IMG/VR virus record: IMGVR_UViG_3300032227_001336
Location: 10,130 to 74,129 of that record
Length of the DNA: 64,000 nucleotides
Strand: one strand, 5' to 3'
Source: a virus
Lineage: Duplodnaviria > Caudoviricetes
The translations under genes were made by a program, and so were the position numbers. The notes below the pieces were generated by a model. It was not told the DNA's origin. It did no database searches and saw only the letters and a list, made by a program, of their open reading frames with translations. This document shows positions 50,049-59,343 of the stretch, piece by piece; position 1 is the first letter of the stretch; the number at the start of each line of letters is the position of its first letter.

Positions 50049-50686
50049 TTTTTTATTTCCTCTATTTTATAGTTATAATTATTACTGTCTTCAGTAATCC
50101 ATTTTGGACTATTTTCAGAAGTATAAATATGACTATTTATTTTTCTTTCCAAAACCAATTCATTTGGTTTTGTAGCGAAACTTGGATCAAAGACTTTAAT
50201 TCTATTATTTGGTTGAATAGCAAAATTACCATTATCAAGTTTAATAACATGTCCAGCTTTGTGTTGATCTGGTTTTTGACTAAATCCAAAATTTAATTCA
50301 TTATAATCACTATGCGCCCAATCAAGAGTAAATAAATAACTACCCATGTATTCCTTGCCAGTTCTTCCTGTATATTTGAGTACTTTATTTTCTAATAAAT
50401 AAAAGGTTGTTACAGCTATATGATAACTAAAGCTATCCCAAAGCTCTAACTCTGTTAATTCCATAGTTGGAGCATCTTCTTTATGACAAAACGCACTAAT
50501 AGGCGCATGCCACCAAATTCCGCCATCTTCCATAAGAAAATTAAAAAGCGGAGCTTGGCTAGGAAGACTTGTAACACCAAAAATTAAACATTTATATTTT
50601 TTATCAAAACTATCTTCTTGATTCCTCATGTAATTTCCACGAACATAGCATTCGATAGGAGGAATATTTGCGTTCAAGAAAGACAT
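50045..50686 (-). CDS. Conserved phage protein of unknown function
   Basis: MSFLNANIP.IECYVR, YLFTLDW, HK.GH...LDNGNFA.QPNNR; GTGTAA 9 nt upstream. Confidence 0.75.
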   Translation of the reverse strand: MSFLNANIPPIECYVRGNYMRNQEDSFDKKYKCLIFGVTSLPSQAPLFNFLMEDGGIWWHAPISAFCHKEDAPTMELTELELWDSFSYHIAVTTFYLLENKVLKYTGRTGKEYMGSYLFTLDWAHSDYNELNFGFSQKPDQHKAGHVIKLDNGNFAIQPNNRIKVFDPSFATKPNELVLERKINSHIYTSENSPKWITEDSNNYNYKIEEIKK

Positions 50687-50695
50687 TTAATATTA

Positions 50696-52183
50696 TTACA
50701 CTAATGATCCTGTTATATTTAATATAATATTGCTGTTTTTCCCACCAAAGTATAATCCATTACTGAAATCTATTGTTAGTGCATTAGAATTGCAAGAGTT
50801 ATGGGCTCTATCTTCTCCATCTCCAAGAATTGCTGCTCCACAATGATTAGCATTAATAATTGAACATCTACCTCCTAGTATGGAACCGTAATTTGCACAT
50901 ACTTTATTAGATGATCCACCGCCAATAAAAGAATAATCTCCATAAGCTTTATTATATTGTCCATTGCCAATAAATGAAAAAGATCCACTTGCATTATTTT
51001 CCATTCCATTTCCTATAAATGAAAAATATCCAGCATTAATAATATTATCCTGTCCATTACCAATAAATGAATCAGGGCTACAAATTTTATTTGAATTTCC
51101 ATAACCGATAAATGAACCATATGCATCGCCTCCGCCGTCGCCACCAGATATTATATTTGCAATTCCTCCGCCAATAAAAGAACCTTGTATTGCTAAATTA
51201 CAAACTCCACCAATTATGATACTAGCATTAATTGCTTTATTTTTACATCCATGTAAAATTATAGAAGCAGATTCTGTTTCATTTTCAGATCCTCCACCAA
51301 TAAAATTAAAACCACAATATGCTTTATTATCAAATCCTCCACCTATAAAATCTCCATATGTAGCAGTTTCTTCATCTATAATTCCACTTACTAAATTACC
51401 CGCTCCACCAATAATTGTAGACCCCATTGATAAACATATTGTATTATCGCTGCCATTTAAAATTGTTCCATAACAATTCGTTGTATTATTTTTTCCTCCG
51501 CCGATAAAATTACCATGATTGTATGCTTTATTTAAACATCCACCACCAATAAAATCTGGAGTTGCTTCCGATAAATTTTGTCCACTAATAGCATTCATTC
51601 TTCCACCAAGAATTGTGGACATTCTTGAATTGCATATCGAATTGCACCATCCTCCTAATATATTATTTAAAGCAAAAATTCCACCTCCTGTTATTAAGTT
51701 TTCTAAACCACCACCAATAAATGACCAACTACCATCTATAGTATTATTTGCTCCATTTATTATTGATGATTGATATGATGGCGCATTACGGCTTCCAGGG
51801 CCAGTTTTAGGTCTTATAGTTATAAAATTACAACATCCTGCTCCAATTAAACTAAATGCGCTGCCAGCAATATTATTCCAACCTCCACCAATAACTACAT
51901 ACTGATCTATAGCTTGATTATCTGCTCCACCTCCAACAAATGCATATACATCTGCTATATTATTTTGCCCTCCACCAATTGATGCAAAATCTCCTGTGAT
52001 AATATTTGCTGTTCCACCAGCAATTACTCCTCCTACGCTTAAAGCTTTAACGCTTGATTGACTTCCAAAATCTGCTTGACCAGATGTTCCTAAAACTTCG
52101 TTTTTAATTATATATCTAGCGTCTAACTGACCAGAATCGGTTAATTGCTCGGTAAATATCTGAAGTCCATTAAATGTACGCAT
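50696..52183 (-). CDS. MRTF-leader fused to Gly-rich beta-helix repeats
   Basis: MRTFNGLQIFTEQLTDSGQLDARY followed by about 25 (S/F)IGGGxxN repeats. Confidence 0.8.
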   Translation of the reverse strand: MRTFNGLQIFTEQLTDSGQLDARYIIKNEVLGTSGQADFGSQSSVKALSVGGVIAGGTANIITGDFASIGGGQNNIADVYAFVGGGADNQAIDQYVVIGGGWNNIAGSAFSLIGAGCCNFITIRPKTGPGSRNAPSYQSSIINGANNTIDGSWSFIGGGLENLITGGGIFALNNILGGWCNSICNSRMSTILGGRMNAISGQNLSEATPDFIGGGCLNKAYNHGNFIGGGKNNTTNCYGTILNGSDNTICLSMGSTIIGGAGNLVSGIIDEETATYGDFIGGGFDNKAYCGFNFIGGGSENETESASIILHGCKNKAINASIIIGGVCNLAIQGSFIGGGIANIISGGDGGGDAYGSFIGYGNSNKICSPDSFIGNGQDNIINAGYFSFIGNGMENNASGSFSFIGNGQYNKAYGDYSFIGGGSSNKVCANYGSILGGRCSIINANHCGAAILGDGEDRAHNSCNSNALTIDFSNGLYFGGKNSNIILNITGSLV

Positions 52184-52192
52184 ATCATATAT

Positions 52193-52801
52193 TTACACCA
52201 ATATACCAGTTGTATTTAACAAGAAATTAGAATCAGTTGGATTGATTATAATATTATTGAAAAATCCTGTATTATCCACTTTTAAATTCCCACCAGCTAT
52301 GTGAACTTTTTCTTGTGGGTCAAATGTACCAAAACCTATTTTTTGTCCATTTTGCAAAGCAAAAACTCCACTTTGCTCTATATGATTAAATCTTTCATCA
52401 ATTGTATAGCTTGTTAGTATTCCTTGGCTAAAAAAAGCAGGAGGTGCTGGATTCGGAAATGGTATTGTTACTCCAGTTTTATTTATTTGGATTGTGTTGT
52501 TTCCTTGGATTCTTCCAGGCACACTTGATCCTGTTACTATATACCATTTTTGAGTATTTATATGACGATTTAAATCTGCTTGACTAGAAAACGTAAAACT
52601 AAATTTGAATCCAGTAGCATAAACTCCACCAGGACCAAACGGAATTACGGATTCTGTTCCATTAGATAATAAATATCTTTGTATTGGTGTGGATGGTACA
52701 AAAGCATTATTTGTATATCCAGAAGCTATATATGCTGATCCACTCAGACTTGTAGATCCAAGTACTGTTAAATTTCCTGTTATTAATGAGATATCTGCCA
52801 T
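52193..52801 (-). CDS. Fibre-like protein of the array
   Basis: KIGFGTFDPQEKVHIAGG fibre motif; ends NTTGILV. Confidence 0.7.
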   Translation of the reverse strand: MADISLITGNLTVLGSTSLSGSAYIASGYTNNAFVPSTPIQRYLLSNGTESVIPFGPGGVYATGFKFSFTFSSQADLNRHINTQKWYIVTGSSVPGRIQGNNTIQINKTGVTIPFPNPAPPAFFSQGILTSYTIDERFNHIEQSGVFALQNGQKIGFGTFDPQEKVHIAGGNLKVDNTGFFNNIIINPTDSNFLLNTTGILV

Positions 52802-52805
52802 AAAA

Positions 52806-53627
52806 TTATCCTGCTGTTACTGTTGGAGAAAAAACATTCCCATCTGCTAACACCAGCAATTGTCTTCCATTTAAATAAAGTCCTCCACTTATATAAACTC
52901 CACTGGCAAAATCTAATGTTAGAGTATGAGGACCAGAAGAATTATGCTGACGAGCTTGACCATCGCTCAGAATTGTCGCACCGCTATCTGAAATACTTAT
53001 GTAATTACATCTGCCCGCTAAAATAGAAGAATAGTTTGAAAATGCAGTATTTTTTTCTCCACCACCAATAAAAGAATATAGACCACTTGCTATATTATTG
53101 CATCCTCCTAAAGCTTCAGAATACATACCAATTGCGCAGTTATATTGTCCACCACCAATAACTGCATAACGATTCTGAACGCAATTTAGTCTGCCGCCTC
53201 CAACAAAACCTCCTTGACAAGTTACATAGTTACAATTGCCACCACCAATTACAGCGCCATTTCCATCTACAAAATTTTCATATCCTGCGCCAATTAAAGA
53301 ATATATTCCTGAAGTGCAATTAAATGCACCGCCAATAATTGTAGAATATGCACCAATAGTACAGTTGTATGAACCACCCACGATAGAAGAATAACTAGAT
53401 AAAGTTGAATTAAGCGCTCCTCCAAAAACTGAAGACCAATCTCCAGATGCCGTATTACATAGCCCTCCTACTACTGCAGCTGAACGACCAGATACATAAG
53501 AATTAATTCCAAAATTAACTGAACCAGAACTGCCAATTAATAAATTAATTTCACTCGCCTTGACTTCGCTTTTTCGTCCACTATCATCAATTTTAATAAG
53601 ATATATTTTAGTTAAGTCTGTTGCCAT
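52806..53627 (-). CDS. Gly/Cys-rich beta-helix repeat protein
   Basis: ~14-aa S.I.GG..NC repeats; ILSDG..R...TLTLDFASGVY cap. Confidence 0.8.
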   Translation of the reverse strand: MATDLTKIYLIKIDDSGRKSEVKASEINLLIGSSGSVNFGINSYVSGRSAAVVGGLCNTASGDWSSVFGGALNSTLSSYSSIVGGSYNCTIGAYSTIIGGAFNCTSGIYSLIGAGYENFVDGNGAVIGGGNCNYVTCQGGFVGGGRLNCVQNRYAVIGGGQYNCAIGMYSEALGGCNNIASGLYSFIGGGEKNTAFSNYSSILAGRCNYISISDSGATILSDGQARQHNSSGPHTLTLDFASGVYISGGLYLNGRQLLVLADGNVFSPTVTAG

Positions 53628-53631
53628 AAAT

Positions 53632-53910
53632 TTATACCTTAGTCCAATTTATATATACTGGTATAGCAAACCAATTTCCTTCTATACCATTCCCACTAGA
53701 ACAGATATACATGAATTGATTATCCCAGGCTATTTGGCCACTATACCCAGGAGAATAAATTCCAGTTGGTGGATTACCTGCACCAAGACGAACCCCTGCA
53801 TTTAGATTAATTTCTGATGTATTACCTGTTACTCTTGCGTATCTTAAATCTAATTGACCAGTATTAGTCAATTGTTCGGTAAATATTTCTAAACCATTAA
53901 AAGTACGCAT
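53632..53910 (-). CDS. Small MRTF-family protein
   Basis: MRTFNGLEIF...GQLDLRY...PG.SGQIAWD...YIC. Confidence 0.85.
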   Translation of the reverse strand: MRTFNGLEIFTEQLTNTGQLDLRYARVTGNTSEINLNAGVRLGAGNPPTGIYSPGYSGQIAWDNQFMYICSSGNGIEGNWFAIPVYINWTKV

Positions 53911-53936
53911 ATTAATATATTTACACTATTAATATA

Positions 53937-54203
53937 TTAAAAATCTTCTAAACTTAACCTGCTCCAAAGCCCAGTTGTTCCATCGCCACTCAAGCAAATA
54001 TATAGATGTGAAAAACTCCATGCAATATCTCCAGAATTTCCTGGATAATCTTGATATGGTGGAATTTCTCTACCAGCAATTCTTATTCCAGCGTTAAAAT
54101 TTGCTATACTATTATTTCCAGATAATTTTATATATTGTATATCTAATTCACCAGTATTAATATTTTGAGGAGTAAAAATTTTTAATCCACTAAAAGTTCT
54201 CAT
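53937..54203 (-). CDS. Small MRTF-family protein
   Basis: MRTFSGLKIF...GELDIQY...PG.SGDIAW...YIC. Confidence 0.85.
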   Translation of the reverse strand: MRTFSGLKIFTPQNINTGELDIQYIKLSGNNSIANFNAGIRIAGREIPPYQDYPGNSGDIAWSFSHLYICLSGDGTTGLWSRLSLEDF

Positions 54204-54206
54204 ATA

Positions 54207-55382
54207 TTATATTAATGTGCCAGTTAAATTAATTGATAAATTTGATTCTATACCATCGAAATATATTCCATTTTGAAAGTCTACTGTAAGTGCGTGTTCT
54301 TTTTCGGTTGATTTAGTTCTAGATCCACCATCTGCTAAAATTAAAGAACCACTATGGTATGCTCTGGTATTTGATCCTATAACAAACGCTCCAGATACAT
54401 TAAGATTAACCATATTATTAATTCCACCTAATATTACGCTATATGATCCAGAATTTTTATTAAAATGTCCTACAAGAATAGATGAGTAATCTCCACTTAC
54501 TACACAATTCAAAGTTCCTCCTAATAAACTTGAATTACTTGAACAAGTAATTCTATTCGAACATCCTGCTCCTAAAATTGAATTAGCAGCTACGCTTATA
54601 GAATTAAACATTCCTGCTCCAAGAAAATTATTTGCAAATAAAGAATCAAGTTGTTGAGTAGTTAGATTACCTGTATTTGAATAACCACCATAACTTATTG
54701 AATTTGTACAACCTCCAGCTATTGCAGCTGCAGCTCCTGCAGCAATGTTAAAACCACCTCCAGCTACTACAGAATAACAAGTAGAAGCGCTATTTCCTAT
54801 GCCTCCTCCTATCGTTGAAAAACAGCCACGAGTTACGTTTCCACACCCACCACCAATTGTTGATTGACATCCAAGTACACAATTCAAAAGTCCTCCTCCG
54901 ATTATACTATTCAGTGCGCCTGTGCCAATTCTATTTCCACAACCTCCGCCAATAAAACTATTACATCCAGACGTTATATTTGCGTTTCCACCCCCAATAG
55001 ATGAACCATTTGATCTTATAAAATTTCCTGTACCACCTCCTATCAAAGAATTATTTCCAGATATAGAATTGCAAAAACCTGCACTAACTGCGGAATTTTC
55101 ACCAGAAATTATATTATTACTTGCTCCTGCTAAAATATAAGAATTTAATCCAGTATATATTATATTCCCACTTCCTCCACCAATAAAGCTAGATTTAGAT
55201 TTATTTATTATTAAATTCTTTTCGCCACCTAATATACTGTTGTTACATCCAGAAATTATATTAGTAGCACCTCCCAAAGCTGTATTTCCTGTAGGATTAA
55301 TTAAAAATAGTAGTCCGTCTGCAGAAACTGGGTCTAGTCTTCCATTTGCTCCACTAGATAGTAAAAAAATATTTGATGGCAT
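54207..55382 (-). CDS. Gly/Cys-rich beta-helix repeat protein
   Basis: S.IGGG..N repeats; ILADG..R...ALTVDFQNGIY; ends NLTGTLI. Confidence 0.8.
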   Translation of the reverse strand: MPSNIFLLSSGANGRLDPVSADGLLFLINPTGNTALGGATNIISGCNNSILGGEKNLIINKSKSSFIGGGSGNIIYTGLNSYILAGASNNIISGENSAVSAGFCNSISGNNSLIGGGTGNFIRSNGSSIGGGNANITSGCNSFIGGGCGNRIGTGALNSIIGGGLLNCVLGCQSTIGGGCGNVTRGCFSTIGGGIGNSASTCYSVVAGGGFNIAAGAAAAIAGGCTNSISYGGYSNTGNLTTQQLDSLFANNFLGAGMFNSISVAANSILGAGCSNRITCSSNSSLLGGTLNCVVSGDYSSILVGHFNKNSGSYSVILGGINNMVNLNVSGAFVIGSNTRAYHSGSLILADGGSRTKSTEKEHALTVDFQNGIYFDGIESNLSINLTGTLI

Positions 55383-55390
55383 AAAAAATA

Positions 55391-56617
55391 TTACACTATT
55401 GTTCCAGTTACATTTGTAATAAATGAATCTTCAGAACCTTTTAAATATATACCATTACAAAAATTTATATTAAGAGAGTAATCTGCATTAGATACTTTTG
55501 GTCTATTTGTTCCATCTGCTAAAATTATAGAACCATCATTTTTTCCAGTAATAAAAGATCCTATAGCAAAAATACCAGATACATTTCCAAGAATTGTATT
55601 TTTTACTCCACCAGCTATAAATGAATTATTTCCATCTATAAAATTACATGAACCTCCTAAAATAGAACTGCGAAAAGAATCTATTGTATTATTTGTTCCA
55701 CCCATAATATTAGATACAAGCCCATCTACAGAATTATTACATCCGCCCAATATACTACTATTAGATGCACTTCTTATAATATTATTTTTTCCTGCACCGA
55801 TAAAACTATTTGGCCCATCAGCTACTCCGCTTATCATATTATTTTCTCCAGCTACAATAGCGCTAGCAGATCCATCTACTCTATTATTACATCCGCCTTG
55901 TATTACTGATTGACATCCTTGAGCAAAATTTCCTGATCCACCTATAACTGATGCATAAATATATCCTGCTGTATTATTTGCTCCTCCAACTACATTTGTT
56001 TGTAATGAAAAAGCTTTATTTTTAAAACCTCCTAAAATTACTGAGTTAGCATTTGTATATCTACCAGCTGGAACTTGACTTGAATCTAAATATCCATCTG
56101 GATTTCTTGATATGAAATTATTACAACCTCCACCAATTGCTGCGTTAAATCCAGATATAATATTTAAATTTCCACCCCCAATAGAAGAACCTCCAAAAAG
56201 TGCTAGTGGTGGAAAACCTACGAATACAGCGCCAGTTATACCGCTTCCAAAAATTTTATTGCCAGTGCCTGCCCCTATATAAGCGTATCCACCTCCAGAA
56301 ATAAAATTATTATTTCCTGCGTTTATTACTGAACCACTTGCATTTAATATCAAGTTATTATAACCACCCAATATTGCTGAATTTGTTATTTGACCTGACA
56401 ATGAATTTCCTGATCCAGCGGCAATAAAAGAATTTATCGTGCCAGTAAAAATTTTATTAAAATTTCCACCTAGTATGCTATTATATATTCCAGAAACTTG
56501 ATTTTGAGATCCACCAAAAGACATGTTGCCTGTTGGAGATATTGTAAAAAGTATATCCTTTGTGGGTACTACGCTTAATCTTGTACCACTATAGTAAAGA
56601 TATAGGTTCTTTGACAT
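55391..56617 (-). CDS. Gly-rich beta-helix repeat protein
   Basis: NS.ILGG..N repeats; ILADG..R...LNINFCNGIY; ends NVTGTIV. Confidence 0.8.
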   Translation of the reverse strand: MSKNLYLYYSGTRLSVVPTKDILFTISPTGNMSFGGSQNQVSGIYNSILGGNFNKIFTGTINSFIAAGSGNSLSGQITNSAILGGYNNLILNASGSVINAGNNNFISGGGYAYIGAGTGNKIFGSGITGAVFVGFPPLALFGGSSIGGGNLNIISGFNAAIGGGCNNFISRNPDGYLDSSQVPAGRYTNANSVILGGFKNKAFSLQTNVVGGANNTAGYIYASVIGGSGNFAQGCQSVIQGGCNNRVDGSASAIVAGENNMISGVADGPNSFIGAGKNNIIRSASNSSILGGCNNSVDGLVSNIMGGTNNTIDSFRSSILGGSCNFIDGNNSFIAGGVKNTILGNVSGIFAIGSFITGKNDGSIILADGTNRPKVSNADYSLNINFCNGIYLKGSEDSFITNVTGTIV

Positions 56618-56626
56618 AAAAATAGC

Positions 56627-56896
56627 TTATGTCCAATTTTCTAAACTTAATCTTGCCCAAAAACCAGTTGCACCATCTCCACTTAAACAAATATAAAAAT
56701 GCGTTTGATTCCATGCGATATCTCCAGAATAACCTGGATAATCTTGATAAGGTGGTACATTCATTCCGCCTATGCGTATTCCTCCATCCAAATTTACTAC
56801 TGAATTGTTTCCTGTTATTTTAGGATATCTTAAATCTAATTGTCCACTATTAGTTAATTGATTGGTGAAAATTTGAAGATTATTAAATGTACGCAT
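56627..56896 (-). CDS. Small MRTF-family protein
   Basis: MRTFNNLQIF...GQLDLRY...PG.SGDIAW...YIC. Confidence 0.85.
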   Translation of the reverse strand: MRTFNNLQIFTNQLTNSGQLDLRYPKITGNNSVVNLDGGIRIGGMNVPPYQDYPGYSGDIAWNQTHFYICLSGDGATGFWARLSLENWT

Positions 56897-56904
56897 AAAA
56901 TGAA

Positions 56905-57894
56905 TTACACAATGGTACCTGTTATATTTAAGCTTAAATCTTCTTCTGTTGGATTAATTCGAGTACTAGAATTTAATATTAAATTTCCAGTAACAATATT
57001 AACGCCACTAGTTGCATCTATATATACCGTTCTACTACCAGCATAAGATGCTCTAGCCCCATCTCTATATCTTCCATCGTTTATTACGGTTATACCACTT
57101 CCGCGAATTTCGGCGTAGCTTCCATTTAATATTGAGTTATTATATGGATACGCGTCATCTATAAAAATAGTACTAACTGGAACTGCTGGGCCAATAATTG
57201 AATTAGCCACTCCATTAAGTATTGTAGAGTAACTACTTCTACAAATACTACTACAAAGACCATTTAAAATACTAGAACTAACCACATCGCAAGCGGTAGT
57301 GGTTGGATGAAATCGTCCCATCCAATTATAAAAACCTCCAACAATAATAGACCTTTGAGCACCATTAATTTCATTATGACTGCCTCCCATAATTGCATTA
57401 TCGTTTAATGTTGAAGCAGATAAAGTTGTTGCAGTACCTGGAGCTCTATTACCATTTGCGTTTAGATATAATTCTCCACCGTTCCCAAGTCTATTTAATC
57501 CACCCCCAAGAATAATATTTTTTGCACCTGCCGTATTTATTGTATTTCTGCAACCACCAGCTATTAAATTATAACAATCATTTATTCCAACGCTTCCAGA
57601 GACTCCTATTCCATTTGCTGCTCCACCAACTATTGTACCTGCTCCTGCTCCAGTAATAATTGATCTAGTTGAATCTAAGATAAGGGCTGAACCCGCAGCT
57701 ATTCGATTTGGACCTTGACCAAAAATTAAAGAATTTGCTAATCCAGAATTTATAAAATTACCAGAAGATCCCATTATAAAAGAATTTAAATTACCTGTTG
57801 AAATTTGTAATCCAAAATCATCTGTTTTAACATTTAAAAAACTTTGATTAGCTTGTTTTTCTATAAAATATAAATCTCTATATCCACTTGCCAT
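56905..57894 (-). CDS. Gly-rich beta-helix repeat protein
   Basis: I.GG..N and SILNG repeats; ends NITGTIV. Confidence 0.8.
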   Translation of the reverse strand: MASGYRDLYFIEKQANQSFLNVKTDDFGLQISTGNLNSFIMGSSGNFINSGLANSLIFGQGPNRIAAGSALILDSTRSIITGAGAGTIVGGAANGIGVSGSVGINDCYNLIAGGCRNTINTAGAKNIILGGGLNRLGNGGELYLNANGNRAPGTATTLSASTLNDNAIMGGSHNEINGAQRSIIVGGFYNWMGRFHPTTTACDVVSSSILNGLCSSICRSSYSTILNGVANSIIGPAVPVSTIFIDDAYPYNNSILNGSYAEIRGSGITVINDGRYRDGARASYAGSRTVYIDATSGVNIVTGNLILNSSTRINPTEEDLSLNITGTIV

Positions 57895-57898
57895 AAAA

Positions 57899-58180
57899 TT
57901 AACTCCAATTTCCTACTAAAGGAGAAACTAACCATCTTCCATTAGTTCCATCTCCACTAACACAAATATAAATGTATTGATTATCCCATTTTATTTGTCC
58001 GCTTATTCCTGGACTATATTCTCCAGTAGGTGAGTAGTTATTCTGTATTCTAACTCCAGAAGAAAAATATTTTTCTCCAACTACTTCTTGATTTCCAGTT
58101 AATTGAATGTATCTAAGATCAAGTTGCCCAGTATTTGTCAACTGATCAGTAAAAATTTGAAGTCCATTGAATGTGCGCAT
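57899..58180 (-). CDS. Small MRTF-family protein
   Basis: MRTFNGLQIF...GQLDLRY...PG.SGQIKWD..YIYIC. Confidence 0.85.
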   Translation of the reverse strand: MRTFNGLQIFTDQLTNTGQLDLRYIQLTGNQEVVGEKYFSSGVRIQNNYSPTGEYSPGISGQIKWDNQYIYICVSGDGTNGRWLVSPLVGNWS

Positions 58181-58195
58181 ATAATTAATTACACC

Positions 58196-59179
58196 CTAGC
58201 CTCTTCTGTTGCAATAATTAAAATTCTTATAAATTTTTTCTATTATATGCTCTTTGGATTCATCTTTTTCTTCTGTTTTTATCTCTTGACCTGCAGAAGT
58301 TTGTATATCTAAACTTTCTTTTTCTTGTATTTTTGGTTTTATTTCTATATCTTCTTTTTTATTAGATGTTATGTTATAAGCTAATAAAAGTGAAACCGCT
58401 AATGGATCAAAAACACAAACAATTATAAGGATAAACCATTTAACTACTGTTTCTATTTTTACGTTAAAAGCTTCTGCTATAAATTTATAAGTTCCTATAT
58501 CTGATTTTGTGATTTGTTGTTTTAAAGAAATAATAGAATTGTCAACAGTATTGATTTCAGCTAATAAAGTATTATTAATATTATTAATTTTTTCTATATT
58601 AGATTCTAATGATGATATACTAGTTTGCATACTATCTAAAGTTTTAGATTTTAATTCTACTGATTTTTTATCTACTACTTTTTCTTGAGTATCACTACTA
58701 AATAAACCTCCAGATTTTGTAACTGTAGTTGTTGTGGATTGATCTAGAGCTTTAGTTATATTGGATTCTTGATTTTTTCTAGTTTCTGTTAATGTTTTGA
58801 TTCTTTCGTTATTTGAAACTACTTGAGCATTTAATGATTGTTTTTTATTCTCTAATAAAACTACTTGAGATTCTATAGCATCTATATTACTTTTAGTTGA
58901 GTAAAAAGCTTGACTTAAAAATCCAAATATACCTAAACTAGTAATTCCCATTAGTATTAAGATCGCCGCTAGTAAATATGATCTAATGATATTGTTAATT
59001 TTTTTCCAGTAACGATATAAAAAGCTAGTTGCCATGATTTTTCCAAACTCTAAACTACTTGCCATGATTATTGACGCTATAAAACTACCAGAGAATAGTA
59101 ATCCTATACCTTTCACAGAAAAGAAAGCTCCACACCCTGCTAACAATAAAGCTGATAAGCCTAATAAGTATTTAAACAT
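58196..59179 (-). CDS. Membrane protein with 3 N-terminal TM helices, coiled coil and a C-terminal TM
   Basis: Start set at ATG 59179 (MFKYLLGL); SLEFGK, LMGITSLGIFGFLS, IVCVFDPLAV.LL motifs. Confidence 0.8.
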   Translation of the reverse strand: MFKYLLGLSALLLAGCGAFFSVKGIGLLFSGSFIASIIMASSLEFGKIMATSFLYRYWKKINNIIRSYLLAAILILMGITSLGIFGFLSQAFYSTKSNIDAIESQVVLLENKKQSLNAQVVSNNERIKTLTETRKNQESNITKALDQSTTTTVTKSGGLFSSDTQEKVVDKKSVELKSKTLDSMQTSISSLESNIEKINNINNTLLAEINTVDNSIISLKQQITKSDIGTYKFIAEAFNVKIETVVKWFILIIVCVFDPLAVSLLLAYNITSNKKEDIEIKPKIQEKESLDIQTSAGQEIKTEEKDESKEHIIEKIYKNFNYCNRRG

Positions 59180-59183
59180 ATTT

Positions 59184-59300
59184 TTAATTTTTTGATTTAT
59201 AATTGCCACCTAGTCCTAAAAAATTGGGCTCGCGCACATAATATAAAAGTTTGGCCGTGGTAATTTTTGGTAAAGCTAATACTTTAATATCATATTTCAT
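59184..59300 (-). CDS. Small hypothetical protein (not in ORF track)
   Basis: MKYDIKVLALPKITTAKLLYYVREPNFLGLGGNYKSKN; GTGTAA 11 nt upstream; stop 4 nt before the next ATG. Confidence 0.5.
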   Translation of the reverse strand: MKYDIKVLALPKITTAKLLYYVREPNFLGLGGNYKSKN

Positions 59301-59311
59301 ATAATGTATTA

Positions 59312-59334
59312 TTACACTACTTAATGTGGTGTAA
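59312..59334. promoter_or_regulatory. Back-to-back divergent GTGTAA elements
   Basis: TTACAC 59312-59317 (minus) and GTGTAA 59329-59334 (plus), 11 and 9 nt from divergent ATGs. Confidence 0.7.
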
Positions 59335-59343
59335 TTTTTATAT

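Noticed and set aside
50696-57894. Ice-nucleation or antifreeze proteins, or a host autotransporter island
   Set aside because: Repeats lack the AGYGSTxT or TxT registers, and there is no signal peptide or beta-barrel anchor. Genes carry the phage late element and match phage composition.
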